A DNA stretch of 33,159 bases from an uncultured Sphingobium sp. (GCA_966244395.1 CBIMKI010000001.1:1-33159), one strand, 5' to 3'. Shown: positions 19,829-29,456, numbered from the stretch's first letter. The notes: a model not told the origin generated them from the sequence alone. Program-made: numbers and translations.

Positions 19829-22612
19829 TCAGAACTTGTAGCTGAGCCCTGCCATATAGGTTCGGCCACTCTGGGTCTGGTTGTAGAGATAGCGGTTCTG
19901 GCCCCAGAACTGCGTCTCCTTCTCGTTCGTCAGATTGATCGCGTTTACCGAGAGCTGGAGGCGATCGGTCACGTTCACGAAGGCGGATGCATCCACATAG
20001 GTGGTGCCTTCAAAGCCCCGCGTGCTGGCACTCATCACTGACGCATTCTTGCCGCTGTACCAGCCGCTGCGGTGGCTCATCGAGCCGCGAACGCCCCAGT
20101 GCTCCGTCTCATAATAGAGCGTGGCATTGTAGCTGGTTTTGGAGATGCCGGTGATCGCCTCGTCGGCATCCACATAGGTGAAGTTCACCACCGCACCCAG
20201 ATTGTCCAATGGTGCGGGCAGGAAGGAGAACTGGCTCTGCGCCACCAGCTCAATACCGGTCAGGCTCTTCGTGCCCGCTACGTTCGCAGGCATGCTGAAC
20301 TCCTTCACGATCGAATTGGGCGTGGCGCCCGGGATCGTGGTGTGCGGCACGCCCGTTTCGCTGAAGGGGACGTTCTCAAGCGTCTCAGAGCCAATGAAAT
20401 TCTTGATCCATTTCTGAAAAACGCTCGCGGAGATCACCCCCACCTGGCCGAAATAATATTCGGCGGAGAAATCGAGGGTGATATCCTTATAGGGTTTGAG
20501 ATTGGGGTTACCGCGCGAGGCGGTGATCTCGCCGTTATCCTCGTTCAGGAATGCGCTGCCCTGAGCCGCCATAGAGCCAAGGCCCGGCCGGTTGAGGTTC
20601 TGTGCCGCGCCAAAGCGCAGCAAAGCGTCTGGCGTCACTTCCAGAACGGCGTTGAGCGCCGGGAGCACGCCCGAATAGCTGCCTCCCACGTCGGTCGTGC
20701 CGAGATAGGCGTAGTTATCGCCTTGAATCCAGCCCGTGCTGTGCGTCTTCGTCTGATAGGCGCGCAGGCCGATATTGCCCCGGAAACGCGCACCGAACAG
20801 CTCGCTGTCCCAATCCGCCTGCACATACTCCGAGAAAGTCTCCTCGGTTGTCGTATAGACGTTCTCGATGTCCTGAATCTCGCCGCCAGCGCCATCGCGA
20901 TTGGGCTCGAAGCGGTGATATTCATTATACTTGGCAAAACCACGGTCATAATCGCCGATCAGCCAGGAGCCGAAGCTGTTGGTGAACACCGTGGTGATAT
21001 CGGCAACCGACGTGCCTCGCGTCTTGGGGCGGGTGCCGTTGACATTGCCGTCGTAGAAGAGGTCGATGCCGTCCTGCTGGAAGCGATGATAGGCGCCACC
21101 TAACCGCAGCGTCCAGGTGTCGTTAAACTCATAACGGGCGTTGAGGCCGCCTTGCCACAGCGTCGAGCCATTGTTGAAGCCGCGATAGTAGAAGTCGTCC
21201 ATCGCATAATCGGCGGGGTCGGTCGGGTCCCAGTTCGGATAGGCGAACGAAGCTGAGCGCCCATCTGCGCCGTAATTGGCGATCAGGTTGCCCTTGGCGC
21301 GCATGTAGAACTTGTCGTCATAGGGCGTATCGTAAGTGGATTTCTCATAGCCGAACAGGCCATCAACCGTGAGGCGATCCGAAACGTCCCACTCTGCGGT
21401 CAGCACGCCCTGATAGAAGCGGTTCTTGTTCAGCGACCGCCGGTTTTCACTGCCAAACGTGGTGCCGGTCACATCCGTCAGGGTGACATAATTGCTGCTA
21501 TCCCACGCCAGGTTGTTGATGACTGACGCGGTCTGGAAAACCGCAGGCCAGACGCCACCTGCGGGCGTATCAAAGGCGACGGAACCCGACGAAGAGAGCG
21601 GCCGCGTTGCCAGATGCAACTCGCTGCGATGGGTTGTGAACTGGCCATAAAGACCATCCACCGTCAGTTTCAGATTATCCGCTGGGCGCCACTGCACCGC
21701 ACCAGTCAGGCCCAGCCGTTCCATCTTGGCATTCCAGGAGGAGATGCGGTTTCCGTCCGCGAAGTAAAGATCGCCCGAGAGCAGCTTCTGCTGCTGAGCA
21801 GTTGTCAGCCTGGAGATGTCCAGCCCCCGAGTGACAAGGTCCCCCATGGTCGCCGCGCTTGGGCGGGAATAATTGTAGGTATTGTGCCCCTGCTCGGTCG
21901 TCTCGCGCTTGCCATATGCCACCGAGAAGGCGATGCCGAACACATCGTCCCAATTGTAGCTATACATGGCGGCGACACGCGGCTGCGCATCGTCTGTATA
22001 TTGGTTGGTGCCCAGTTTGAGCGAGATGGCACCCTTGCCGCCCTGCCCATAATCGAAGGGCTTACCCGTGAAGAGACCGACCGTGCCGGCCATGCCGCCT
22101 TCCTTCTGTGCGGACTGGAAGGTCTTCTCGACCTCTACCCGCTGGAACAACTCGGAGGCGAAGATGTTGAAATCAAACGCGCGATCGCGGGTGCGCTGCC
22201 CGCGACTATCCTGCGCGGAATCGACATTCCCCAGCACCTCCATGCCATTCAGCTGAACACGGGCGAAATCCGAACCAAGGCCGCGCAAGGAGATGCGGCG
22301 TCCCTCACCGGCCTCACGCGTGATCTGCACGCCCGGCAGACGCTGCAGCGATTCAGCGAGGTTGAGTTCCGGGAATTTCGCCATGTCCTCCGCGACAATC
22401 ACATCCTTCTGGATGACCGATTCCTTCTTGATGTCGCGTGCGTCGCTGAGGGACTTGCGGTAGCCGGTCACAATGATCGTCTCGCCCGCTTCTGCGGACA
22501 CTTCCTCTGCCTTTGCCATCTGCGAGCTAAAGCCCACGACCGAGACAGCAACACCAGCCAGCAGCAAACTGCGGATTTTCGGGCGCATGGCCCACCCGGT
22601 ACGTCGGTTCAT
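19829..22612 (-). CDS. TonB-dependent receptor
   Basis: Signal peptide, TonB box ETIIVTG, plug NLAESLQRLPGVQITREAGEGRRISLRGL, C-terminal GRTYMAGLSYKF. Confidence 0.95.
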   Translation of the reverse strand: MNRRTGWAMRPKIRSLLLAGVAVSVVGFSSQMAKAEEVSAEAGETIIVTGYRKSLSDARDIKKESVIQKDVIVAEDMAKFPELNLAESLQRLPGVQITREAGEGRRISLRGLGSDFARVQLNGMEVLGNVDSAQDSRGQRTRDRAFDFNIFASELFQRVEVEKTFQSAQKEGGMAGTVGLFTGKPFDYGQGGKGAISLKLGTNQYTDDAQPRVAAMYSYNWDDVFGIAFSVAYGKRETTEQGHNTYNYSRPSAATMGDLVTRGLDISRLTTAQQQKLLSGDLYFADGNRISSWNAKMERLGLTGAVQWRPADNLKLTVDGLYGQFTTHRSELHLATRPLSSSGSVAFDTPAGGVWPAVFQTASVINNLAWDSSNYVTLTDVTGTTFGSENRRSLNKNRFYQGVLTAEWDVSDRLTVDGLFGYEKSTYDTPYDDKFYMRAKGNLIANYGADGRSASFAYPNWDPTDPADYAMDDFYYRGFNNGSTLWQGGLNARYEFNDTWTLRLGGAYHRFQQDGIDLFYDGNVNGTRPKTRGTSVADITTVFTNSFGSWLIGDYDRGFAKYNEYHRFEPNRDGAGGEIQDIENVYTTTEETFSEYVQADWDSELFGARFRGNIGLRAYQTKTHSTGWIQGDNYAYLGTTDVGGSYSGVLPALNAVLEVTPDALLRFGAAQNLNRPGLGSMAAQGSAFLNEDNGEITASRGNPNLKPYKDITLDFSAEYYFGQVGVISASVFQKWIKNFIGSETLENVPFSETGVPHTTIPGATPNSIVKEFSMPANVAGTKSLTGIELVAQSQFSFLPAPLDNLGAVVNFTYVDADEAITGISKTSYNATLYYETEHWGVRGSMSHRSGWYSGKNASVMSASTRGFEGTTYVDASAFVNVTDRLQLSVNAINLTNEKETQFWGQNRYLYNQTQSGRTYMAGLSYKF

Positions 22613-22628
22613 TGTGATTCCCCTGATG

Positions 22629-22681
22629 AATTGGTATGGACCAGTTATGAGAAGCAGATTGCCGAGACACCTGTGTTACAC
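22629..22681 (-). promoter_or_regulatory. Putative PhnR operator (22629-22646) with Pho-box-like repeat (22664-22681)
   Basis: AATTGGTATGGACCAGTT palindrome; minus strand reads GTGTAAC-ACAG-GTGTCTC. Confidence 0.72.
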
Positions 22682-22777
22682 AGCGGTCCAAAATGCGGTC
22701 GAAGGACAGATATTTTTGCATGTGCGAGCAAAAGACCGACATGATCGCGCAAGCCCGCCGACGCTCATCAGCCGCTC

Positions 22778-24670
22778 CTATTGGCGCTCGGCCGATCCAT
22801 AGAGGGGAGTCGCGAGTGCAGTCGCCTCGGCACGGCAGACCGCTGGATCGGGCGCGGGCGCGGCCTTGCGGACGCGCGCCATCTCTTCGCGAGCAGCCTC
22901 AAGATCCGCGCGAAACGCTGGCGACCCGTGCAGAACGGCGGTCGCCGCCGCCCCCGCCAGCCATCCGGCCTCAACGGCGCTGCGGCTATGCGCGCCGCAG
23001 ATCATCCGGCTTTCACCAAAGGCCCGCCCACGCGCCAGAATCTCCGTCGCGCGATCCGGCACCAGTTCGGCGAGCAGCAGCGCCTCCATCCATCCGTTTG
23101 CCGTGTGGCCAGACGGATAATCGCCGTTGCTCGCAAGATGGTCCGTCTTGGCCTGACAGATCGACTCCGGTCGCCCGATATAAGGCCGCGGCACATGGTA
23201 GTAATGCTTCACCGGGTCCACGATACGCGCCGTTCCCGCCCGGTTGAGCAGCCGCGCCAAGGCAGGCACATTGTCAGCAGTCAGTTGAGCCCCGATCGCG
23301 CAGGCAAAATGCTCAAGCGCGTCGGTATCCACATCGGATGTCGCCAACTGCCAGCGCGGCGTGCCTTCCAGAGCGCGGGTCGCTTGGAAGAGTTGCTGGT
23401 CCGCGATGGCCAGCGGACCGCCCGGTGATGGCGGGGGCGGAAGGATCTGCACCCCATCGGGCGCTATTTCCGGCGTGAGATAGCCTTCCCCCGCAGGCCC
23501 GACTGTTTCGATCGCCCGCCCTCCACAGCGGCCTGCGCCGCGCACAGGATTGCACATCGCCGCAGCGCCGCCCGGTAGACGGACCTGATAATCCGTGCCC
23601 CAGCGTGGCTCGGGCCAGATATAATCGGTCGAGATATATTGCGCGCCAGAGGCGAGAGCGGCGGCGCGACGACCTGTATCGTTCGCACGCGCTTCCACGG
23701 TTTCGGCGTCCGCGCGCGTACGCACGATGAAGCCTGCCGCCACTGCCTTGCGGATGCGATCACCTTGAGAAACGGGGTCATTGAGCGTCAGATAGGCCGC
23801 TGCAGGTGAGGCCTCATCGCCATTGACGAAAAGCACCCGCCCCTCCAGCGACCGCCGATTTCCGCGGTAGACCGCGACCTTGTCCGGCCCTTCATCCAGA
23901 GCGAACATGATCTTCCCGCGCGCTTTACCCAGCGTTGGCCAGGCGCCAGCCAGCACCGCCTCGCGCAGCGTTGGATAGCTGCCCTGCACATCGTCCGGCG
24001 TGATGAGCGCATCCACCGGGAACACCGCCCCGATCTCACGATCAAGCGCATCGAATGCGGCGGTGTCGAAGGGCAGCGCGTCCACGCCTCCGGGATGCGG
24101 CGCATGTCCCGTCTTCGCGTTGATCAGGATCAGGATCGGCGCATGATCCCGATGGGCGAGCGACCAGCGCCTCACGATGCCGAGGCATGATTTCAGCGTA
24201 GCGCAGCTACTGAACAGATCGAAATCCTGCACATGCATGACCTTGAAGCCCGGCTCGGCGAACGCGGCGCGGCGGGCGGGATCAAGCGCGAGGCCCGCAG
24301 CACGCAGTCCCGCCGGATCAAGGAAGCGCCCGCCCTCAGGGTCGTTATAAATGTCGATCTCGAGTTGCCGAACGCCCGCATCCAGTTGTTCCGAGAGAGG
24401 CCGGTGTCGATAGTCGATCTCATCCGCCCATTCCGGCCTGGCGGCGCGCACGAGCGTCTTTACCTTGGCAGGCAACTCCAGCTTATAGCTGTTGTGCGTG
24501 CCCACAGCGACGAGATCATTGATTTTGAGATGGGCGTCCATCCAGGCCCGCTCACACCCTGCCCCGGCACTACGAGCATCGGGCGCCGTGAGATCGCATC
24601 TCGTCATTTCGCCATGAGCACTGGCAGCACAAAGGAAGATTGCTGCAAGTGCGGCCATTGTCTTTTGCAT
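22778..24670 (-). CDS. Secreted fusion: PI-PLC-like phosphodiesterase (Ca-dependent PI-PLC type) + class A (PAP2) acid phosphatase
   Basis: Signal peptide from ATG 24670 (AAGGTG RBS). PLC motifs GTHNSYK, LSEQLDAGVRQLEIDI, FKVMHVQD and GAQYISTDY. PAP2 motifs KHYYHVPRP, YPSGH and SRMICGAH. Confidence 0.88.
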   Translation of the reverse strand: MQKTMAALAAIFLCAASAHGEMTRCDLTAPDARSAGAGCERAWMDAHLKINDLVAVGTHNSYKLELPAKVKTLVRAARPEWADEIDYRHRPLSEQLDAGVRQLEIDIYNDPEGGRFLDPAGLRAAGLALDPARRAAFAEPGFKVMHVQDFDLFSSCATLKSCLGIVRRWSLAHRDHAPILILINAKTGHAPHPGGVDALPFDTAAFDALDREIGAVFPVDALITPDDVQGSYPTLREAVLAGAWPTLGKARGKIMFALDEGPDKVAVYRGNRRSLEGRVLFVNGDEASPAAAYLTLNDPVSQGDRIRKAVAAGFIVRTRADAETVEARANDTGRRAAALASGAQYISTDYIWPEPRWGTDYQVRLPGGAAAMCNPVRGAGRCGGRAIETVGPAGEGYLTPEIAPDGVQILPPPPSPGGPLAIADQQLFQATRALEGTPRWQLATSDVDTDALEHFACAIGAQLTADNVPALARLLNRAGTARIVDPVKHYYHVPRPYIGRPESICQAKTDHLASNGDYPSGHTANGWMEALLLAELVPDRATEILARGRAFGESRMICGAHSRSAVEAGWLAGAAATAVLHGSPAFRADLEAAREEMARVRKAAPAPDPAVCRAEATALATPLYGSAERQ

Positions 24671-24681
24671 CCCGGCACACC

Positions 24682-24741
24682 TTGTCACTTGATTGACGCG
24701 TTAATGGTCTATACCAAATTCATGCGACAAGGAGATGACGG
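24682..24741. promoter_or_regulatory. Divergent promoter pair: two Pho-box-like repeats flanking one PhnR-type operator (24702-24719)
   Basis: Plus: TTGTCAC-TTGA-TTGACGC, 10 nt, TATACC. Minus: CCGTCAT-CTCC-TTGTCGC, 10 nt, TATAGA. Operator TAATGGTCTATACCAAAT covers both putative -10 elements. Confidence 0.75.
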
Positions 24742-24792
24742 AGCTGGCTGGCCTGTCTTCACAAGCCCCCAAATGCCATGAGGTGTGATCGT

Positions 24793-25350
24793 ATGACGGC
24801 CGACCCAATCGACGAGATCTTCACCATCTTCAGAACGTTCGGCAGCCTCCGCTATGGGGAAGATGTCACCCAGATGGAGCACATCCTGCAATGCGGCCAC
24901 CTCGCCCGGACTGACGGTGCCTCTGATGCACTGATCGCTGCGGCGCTGCTGCACGATATCGGTCAGTTCATCGATGATGCCGGTCATGCCGCGGAAAAAC
25001 TGGGCATCGATGCGCGTCATGAAGAGACGGGCGCGGCCTATCTTGCCGCCTATTTTCCGAAGAGCGTAACAGAGCCGGTGCGCCTGCATGTCGAGGCTAA
25101 GCGTTATTTGTGCGCGACCCGACCCGGCTATCATGCGACGTTGAGCCGCGCATCCTCGATCAGTCTGGACTTGCAGGGCGGGCCTCACAGTCCGCAGGAG
25201 GCGGAAGCATTCCTCGCTCTCCCCGCCGCCCGCGATGCGCTTCGCCTCCGGCGCTATGACGACATGGGCAAGAAGCAGGATTGGGCCGTTCCAGAACTGG
25301 AAAGCTACCGGCCCTTGCTCAATTCGCTGCTCCGCCCCGATCTCACCTGA
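24793..25350 (+). CDS. phnZ: HD-domain phosphonate-degrading oxygenase, PhnZ/TmpB-like
   Basis: YGEDVTQMEHILQC, AALLHDIG, RHEETGA, LHVEAKRYLC, SLDLQGGP, LRRYDDMGK; phosphonate gene context. Confidence 0.82.
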   Translation: MTADPIDEIFTIFRTFGSLRYGEDVTQMEHILQCGHLARTDGASDALIAAALLHDIGQFIDDAGHAAEKLGIDARHEETGAAYLAAYFPKSVTEPVRLHVEAKRYLCATRPGYHATLSRASSISLDLQGGPHSPQEAEAFLALPAARDALRLRRYDDMGKKQDWAVPELESYRPLLNSLLRPDLT

Positions 25351-25468
25351 CACCCTTCGGGTACGCCAATTGACCCCGCGCGTCTTTCTACATTGACCAC
25401 GCAGCGCCACCGCTGCCAAGGTGGGTGACTGGCCGTTAGCGGTCATCCTGTTTCCAGCCCGGAAAGTC

Positions 25469-26266
25469 ATGCGCCCAAAATCTGAGCCCCTGCTTTGGAC
25501 ACGCACACATGGCGCGGCCTCTGAAGGGCCACAATATCTCGCCCTGCGGGACCAGATTGCCCTGAACATCGAGATGGGGAACTTGCCGGAGGGCGCACGC
25601 TTGCCGTCCGAGCGGCAGCTTCAAACCGAGTCGGGCATGGCGCGCGGTACGATCCGCGAAGCCCTGTTCCAGCTGGAGGCAGAAGGGCTGATCTACCGCC
25701 GCGAGCGTAGCGGCTGGTATGTGTCACCACCGGCAATCACGTACGATCCCCGCCGCTGGGCAGGGTTCATGACCTATGTGACTGAGCAGGGGCGCGCGCC
25801 TGGAACAGAAACCCTCAGCAAGGAAAGCACGCCTGCAAGCCCCGCCATTGCCGACATTTTCCGCAAGGCGCCAGGGACGACCCTGCATATCATCAAGCGC
25901 CGCCGGACCATCGATGAACGGCCCGTTCTTCTGGAGCACATCATCGTTGATCCCGCCTATGCGCCGGACCTGCTCTCTTATTCGCTCGATGGCTCGCTAA
26001 CGCACATTCTGACGACGAAGTTCGGCGTGGTCGTTACGCGCAACCGGGTCGATATGCGCCCCTGCGCGCTGATCAAGGATACGGCGGCCGCGCTGGGCGT
26101 CAAATCCGGCACGCCCGGTCTGCTGGTGGTGCGCACCAGTTTCGATGCGGATGGACGGGTCGTTGAATATGATCAGGAATATTGGCGGCACGACGCCATT
26201 CGCGTGCATGTCGATCTGAACGTGCATCCAGGTTCCCCTGAGATGCACGCTCAGCCCCACGCTTAA
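25469..26266 (+). CDS. phnR: GntR/HutC-family (UTRA) phosphonate utilization regulator
   Basis: RLPSERQL..TIREALFQLEAEGLIYRRERSGWYVSPPAITYDP closely resembles PhnR; UTRA C-terminus VVEYDQEYWRHDAI. Confidence 0.85.
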   Translation: MRPKSEPLLWTRTHGAASEGPQYLALRDQIALNIEMGNLPEGARLPSERQLQTESGMARGTIREALFQLEAEGLIYRRERSGWYVSPPAITYDPRRWAGFMTYVTEQGRAPGTETLSKESTPASPAIADIFRKAPGTTLHIIKRRRTIDERPVLLEHIIVDPAYAPDLLSYSLDGSLTHILTTKFGVVVTRNRVDMRPCALIKDTAAALGVKSGTPGLLVVRTSFDADGRVVEYDQEYWRHDAIRVHVDLNVHPGSPEMHAQPHA

Positions 26267-27048
26267 CCGAGTGAAAGCGTCTCGAGCGCCTTCGGCAGAT
26301 CTGCCACCGTGTCGATGACAAGATGCGCGCCAGCGGCTTCAAGCGCCGCGCGAGCCTGTCCTACGCGAGCGGCCCGCTCCTCCAAAGAGAGCGCCTCGAA
26401 CGCCTCTTGCGAGAGTCCCACGCCATTACCGCTGGCGGCAATTCCGATGGTCCACACCCCGGCGGCGCGGCCTTCTGCAATGCCGACTTCGGCATCATCC
26501 ACCTTGACGCAACATGTGGCGGGCCAGACACCAAGCTCCACCAGATTCTTCCACAGCATCAGCGGCGAGGGTCGCCCGGCAGCGGTCTCTCCGGCACAGA
26601 CCAGCATATCGGGCTTATAGCCCTGCGCCTCAGCCAGCGGCAGAATGTCCGCCATCATCTCGCGCGTATAGCCTGTGCACGAGCCGATCTTAACGCCCGC
26701 CGCCCGCAACCGTGCCGCGACATCGGCAGCGCCGGGAATGAGCTGGGCACATTCGCGGGCCGCCTCACGCATCATCGGCGCAATGGAGTCGAAGAGCGCA
26801 GCGGCATCCGTTTCAGCTGGCGCCCTGCCATGAACTGCCGTCCATGCCGAGCGAACGCGCGGCGTTGCCAGAATGGCGGAGATATGGTCGGATTTCGCCA
26901 TCCCCATATCCACGCGGGCTTCAGCCTCACTGATGGGCACATGCGCCGCCTCGAACGCCTTGCACAACGCCACGACCGGCGCGCGAGAGCCAAAATCGAT
27001 CATGGTCCCCGCCCAATCGAACACCACCGCCTTAAGCGCTGCAGTCAT
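26263..27048 (-). CDS. phnX: Phosphonoacetaldehyde hydrolase (phosphonatase)
   Basis: AVVFDWAGTMIDFGS, Schiff-base Lys in MGMAKSDHI, GRPSP, KVDDAEVGIAEG; GGAGG RBS. Confidence 0.93.
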   Translation of the reverse strand: MTAALKAVVFDWAGTMIDFGSRAPVVALCKAFEAAHVPISEAEARVDMGMAKSDHISAILATPRVRSAWTAVHGRAPAETDAAALFDSIAPMMREAARECAQLIPGAADVAARLRAAGVKIGSCTGYTREMMADILPLAEAQGYKPDMLVCAGETAAGRPSPLMLWKNLVELGVWPATCCVKVDDAEVGIAEGRAAGVWTIGIAASGNGVGLSQEAFEALSLEERAARVGQARAALEAAGAHLVIDTVADLPKALETLSLG

Positions 27049-27061
27049 CCCATTCCCTCCT

Positions 27062-28162
27062 TCAATCAAAGACTTGGCTGATTACATCCTCAGCCAGAGC
27101 GAATGCCGTGGACGCTCCCGTCCCACTGGTCACCACCACCAGCGCCACACCCTCTGCCGGGTGCCGCACAATGCTATGTCCAGCCGCGGACGCGAACGTG
27201 CCCGCCCAGCGCTCCAATATGGCGGGCGCGCAGCCCAGAACGGCCTCATATTGGCGCAAGATTTCCGCATCGACGGCATCGATCGAGAAAGGATCGGGCG
27301 TCGGCGCATAATGATGGCTATCCCCTACGATCAGGCTGCCATCATCGCTCTGCACGACGATCAGATGAATGCCATGTTCCAGCGCCTCGCGCGCCTCGCT
27401 GTGGAGCCGGACCTTGAGAGCCTCCGCTTCCGGCAGCGCCGCATAGCCCAGATAGCGCGCCAGGCTGAGATCGCTCATCACCGGCGCAGGCAGCCTCCAA
27501 CCCGGCGCCGCGAGCCGCAGCATCTGGAGCTTGCACCGCACAATCCCTTCCTCGGCATAGACTTGGGGATATAGGGTCGCACCGTCGTCTCCAGGGCACA
27601 GGATGATCTGCTCGGCTCGATAGATACCGCTCGCGGTATGGACGGCGCCCTGCTCCGCATGGAGCACTGCAATGCCCCGCCGGAACTCAACCCCATGCGC
27701 CCTTTCCAGCCATTTTGCGAGAAGCGGAATGGCCGTGCGGGATTCCACCCGCAAATCATGACGGCTGAAGAAGGCCGCGGCGGCCGAGCTGATCATCGGA
27801 TTGCGCTGCAGCGCCTCAGCCCCCGTCAATCGCTCGCAGTGCTCGCCCATTTCCGTTTGCAGAAACGCGTCCAGCACATCCACCGCTTCCGGACGCTGGG
27901 CGATCATCAGCAGCCCTTCCTGCTCGATGCGGATGCCAGCCAGCCCGGCGACCTCCCGCCAGATCGCAGCGCTGCGCCGTGCGAGATGCCACACGCGGCC
28001 GCGTTCCTGCCCCGTCACCGTCACAAAGCCGAAATTGCGGATCGATGCGCCATTGGCCTGCGCGTCGCGATCCAGAACCAGCACGCGCTTGCCGCGGCGC
28101 GCCGCGGCCAGGGCATGGGCCAGGCCAACGATGCCCGCACCCACCACTATAACGTCATGCAT
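27062..28162 (-). CDS. FAD-dependent oxidoreductase (TIGR03364-like), probable aminophosphonate oxidative deaminase
   Basis: VVGAGIVGLAHA FAD motif, GASIRNFGFVTVTGQ, HGIHLIVVQ, GDSHHY, TSGTGAST; directly upstream of phnX. Confidence 0.85.
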   Translation of the reverse strand: MHDVIVVGAGIVGLAHALAAARRGKRVLVLDRDAQANGASIRNFGFVTVTGQERGRVWHLARRSAAIWREVAGLAGIRIEQEGLLMIAQRPEAVDVLDAFLQTEMGEHCERLTGAEALQRNPMISSAAAAFFSRHDLRVESRTAIPLLAKWLERAHGVEFRRGIAVLHAEQGAVHTASGIYRAEQIILCPGDDGATLYPQVYAEEGIVRCKLQMLRLAAPGWRLPAPVMSDLSLARYLGYAALPEAEALKVRLHSEAREALEHGIHLIVVQSDDGSLIVGDSHHYAPTPDPFSIDAVDAEILRQYEAVLGCAPAILERWAGTFASAAGHSIVRHPAEGVALVVVTSGTGASTAFALAEDVISQVFD

Positions 28163-29456
28163 GAACCGCCCCCCTCTTCTGCCGGCCCCGCCCAAGGAAC
28201 TGGAGCGCGGAGAGGAACGTCAACATGCTCACGGCAACGGCCGTCACATAAGCACCAGTGATGAAGAACGGGAGCCAATCGATATTCGGCACCGCAAAGC
28301 TGCGATAGAGAAGCAGAGCAACACTCCCAACATAGCCAGAGGAATCAGCAATATAGATAAGGAAGCCGGCGTTCCCGGCCCGCCCCAGCGCGGCGATCAT
28401 CCGATCAAACAGCATCGCGTTGAACGGCGTGTATCCAAGATAAAGTCCGGCCCCGCTCAGGATCATCCAGGGCAACGGCTCTAGCAGACCGGCCTGAAAT
28501 GCCAGCGTTGATGCGCCAAGCAGCAAAGCACCAAAGATAATCACGCCATGCATGGCAAGCAGCGCATGGACGTTGTTCCGCACCAGCATCAACATGCCAA
28601 GGCCGCCCAGCGCGATCATCGCCACAGGCAGCTCGCTCTGCGAGAAGATGGACGCGACATCGCCCAGCCCCATCGCCGTCCAGATCTCGACTGCGAAATT
28701 ATCCCGCAGATCGCGCAGCGCAGTGAACAACACATAGCCGGCGACCAGCAACGTCATCGTAAGGCCGTGATCCCGCAAGAAGGCCGCGCGATCTTCCGTC
28801 CCCATCGGCACACGCGCCATGCGCTCGGCTTCATCACGCGAATCGGGTGGTGGAAGTCGCTCAAGATACCACAATGACACGACGAGAACGGGGATGAAAA
28901 AGGCGCCGGTCGCCACCGGCATCCAATTCTCGCTGACCCCCAGCTGCATCAGCCAGACGGCTACCGATTTTACTGCGCCGGAGGACATGATGAAACTCGC
29001 GCACAGCATCGCTCCGAGCAGATCAGAGCATCGGCGGCCCTCCACATAGGAGAAGACCAATCCCCAGATCATGCCGAGCGGAAGCCCATTCAGGAACAGA
29101 CACAGCGGCCCCCAACCCGGAGGAAGCAGCGCAAAAAGCACCAATGCGAGCCATGATGTGCCGATCAGCCCGAGAATGCCCAGTGCACGTCCGCGACGCC
29201 CAAACTCTGAGATGACCCGTATGCCGATGAATTTGGAGAGAGCGTAACCGATCACCTGTGCAATGAGCAGCCCGGTCTTATAGTCCAACCCAAAGGGCAG
29301 GAGCCCCATCCCATCATAGATTCCGGCAGCGAAAGGCTTTCGGAACGCATACATTGCGAAATAGGCCGCGAATGCCGCCAGCCCTCCAGCGACAAGAACC
29401 GCTATTCGCGCGCGAGCGTCGCGTGGAGATTGAGCTAGAGCAGAAGCAAATGCCAT
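28155..29456 (-). CDS. DUF5690-family MFS-like membrane protein, candidate phosphonate importer
   Basis: MYAFRKPF..DYK..IAQVIGYALSKFIGI, LNGLPLGMIWGLVFSYVEGRR; many TM segments; first gene of the oxidase-phnX operon. Confidence 0.82.
   Translation of the reverse strand: MAFASALAQSPRDARARIAVLVAGGLAAFAAYFAMYAFRKPFAAGIYDGMGLLPFGLDYKTGLLIAQVIGYALSKFIGIRVISEFGRRGRALGILGLIGTSWLALVLFALLPPGWGPLCLFLNGLPLGMIWGLVFSYVEGRRCSDLLGAMLCASFIMSSGAVKSVAVWLMQLGVSENWMPVATGAFFIPVLVVSLWYLERLPPPDSRDEAERMARVPMGTEDRAAFLRDHGLTMTLLVAGYVLFTALRDLRDNFAVEIWTAMGLGDVASIFSQSELPVAMIALGGLGMLMLVRNNVHALLAMHGVIIFGALLLGASTLAFQAGLLEPLPWMILSGAGLYLGYTPFNAMLFDRMIAALGRAGNAGFLIYIADSSGYVGSVALLLYRSFAVPNIDWLPFFITGAYVTAVAVSMLTFLSALQFLGRGRQKRGAVHA

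Noticed and set aside
26263-26266. phnR and phnX convergent stop codons overlapping (TTAA)
   Set aside because: Common compact arrangement; no evidence for antisense regulation.
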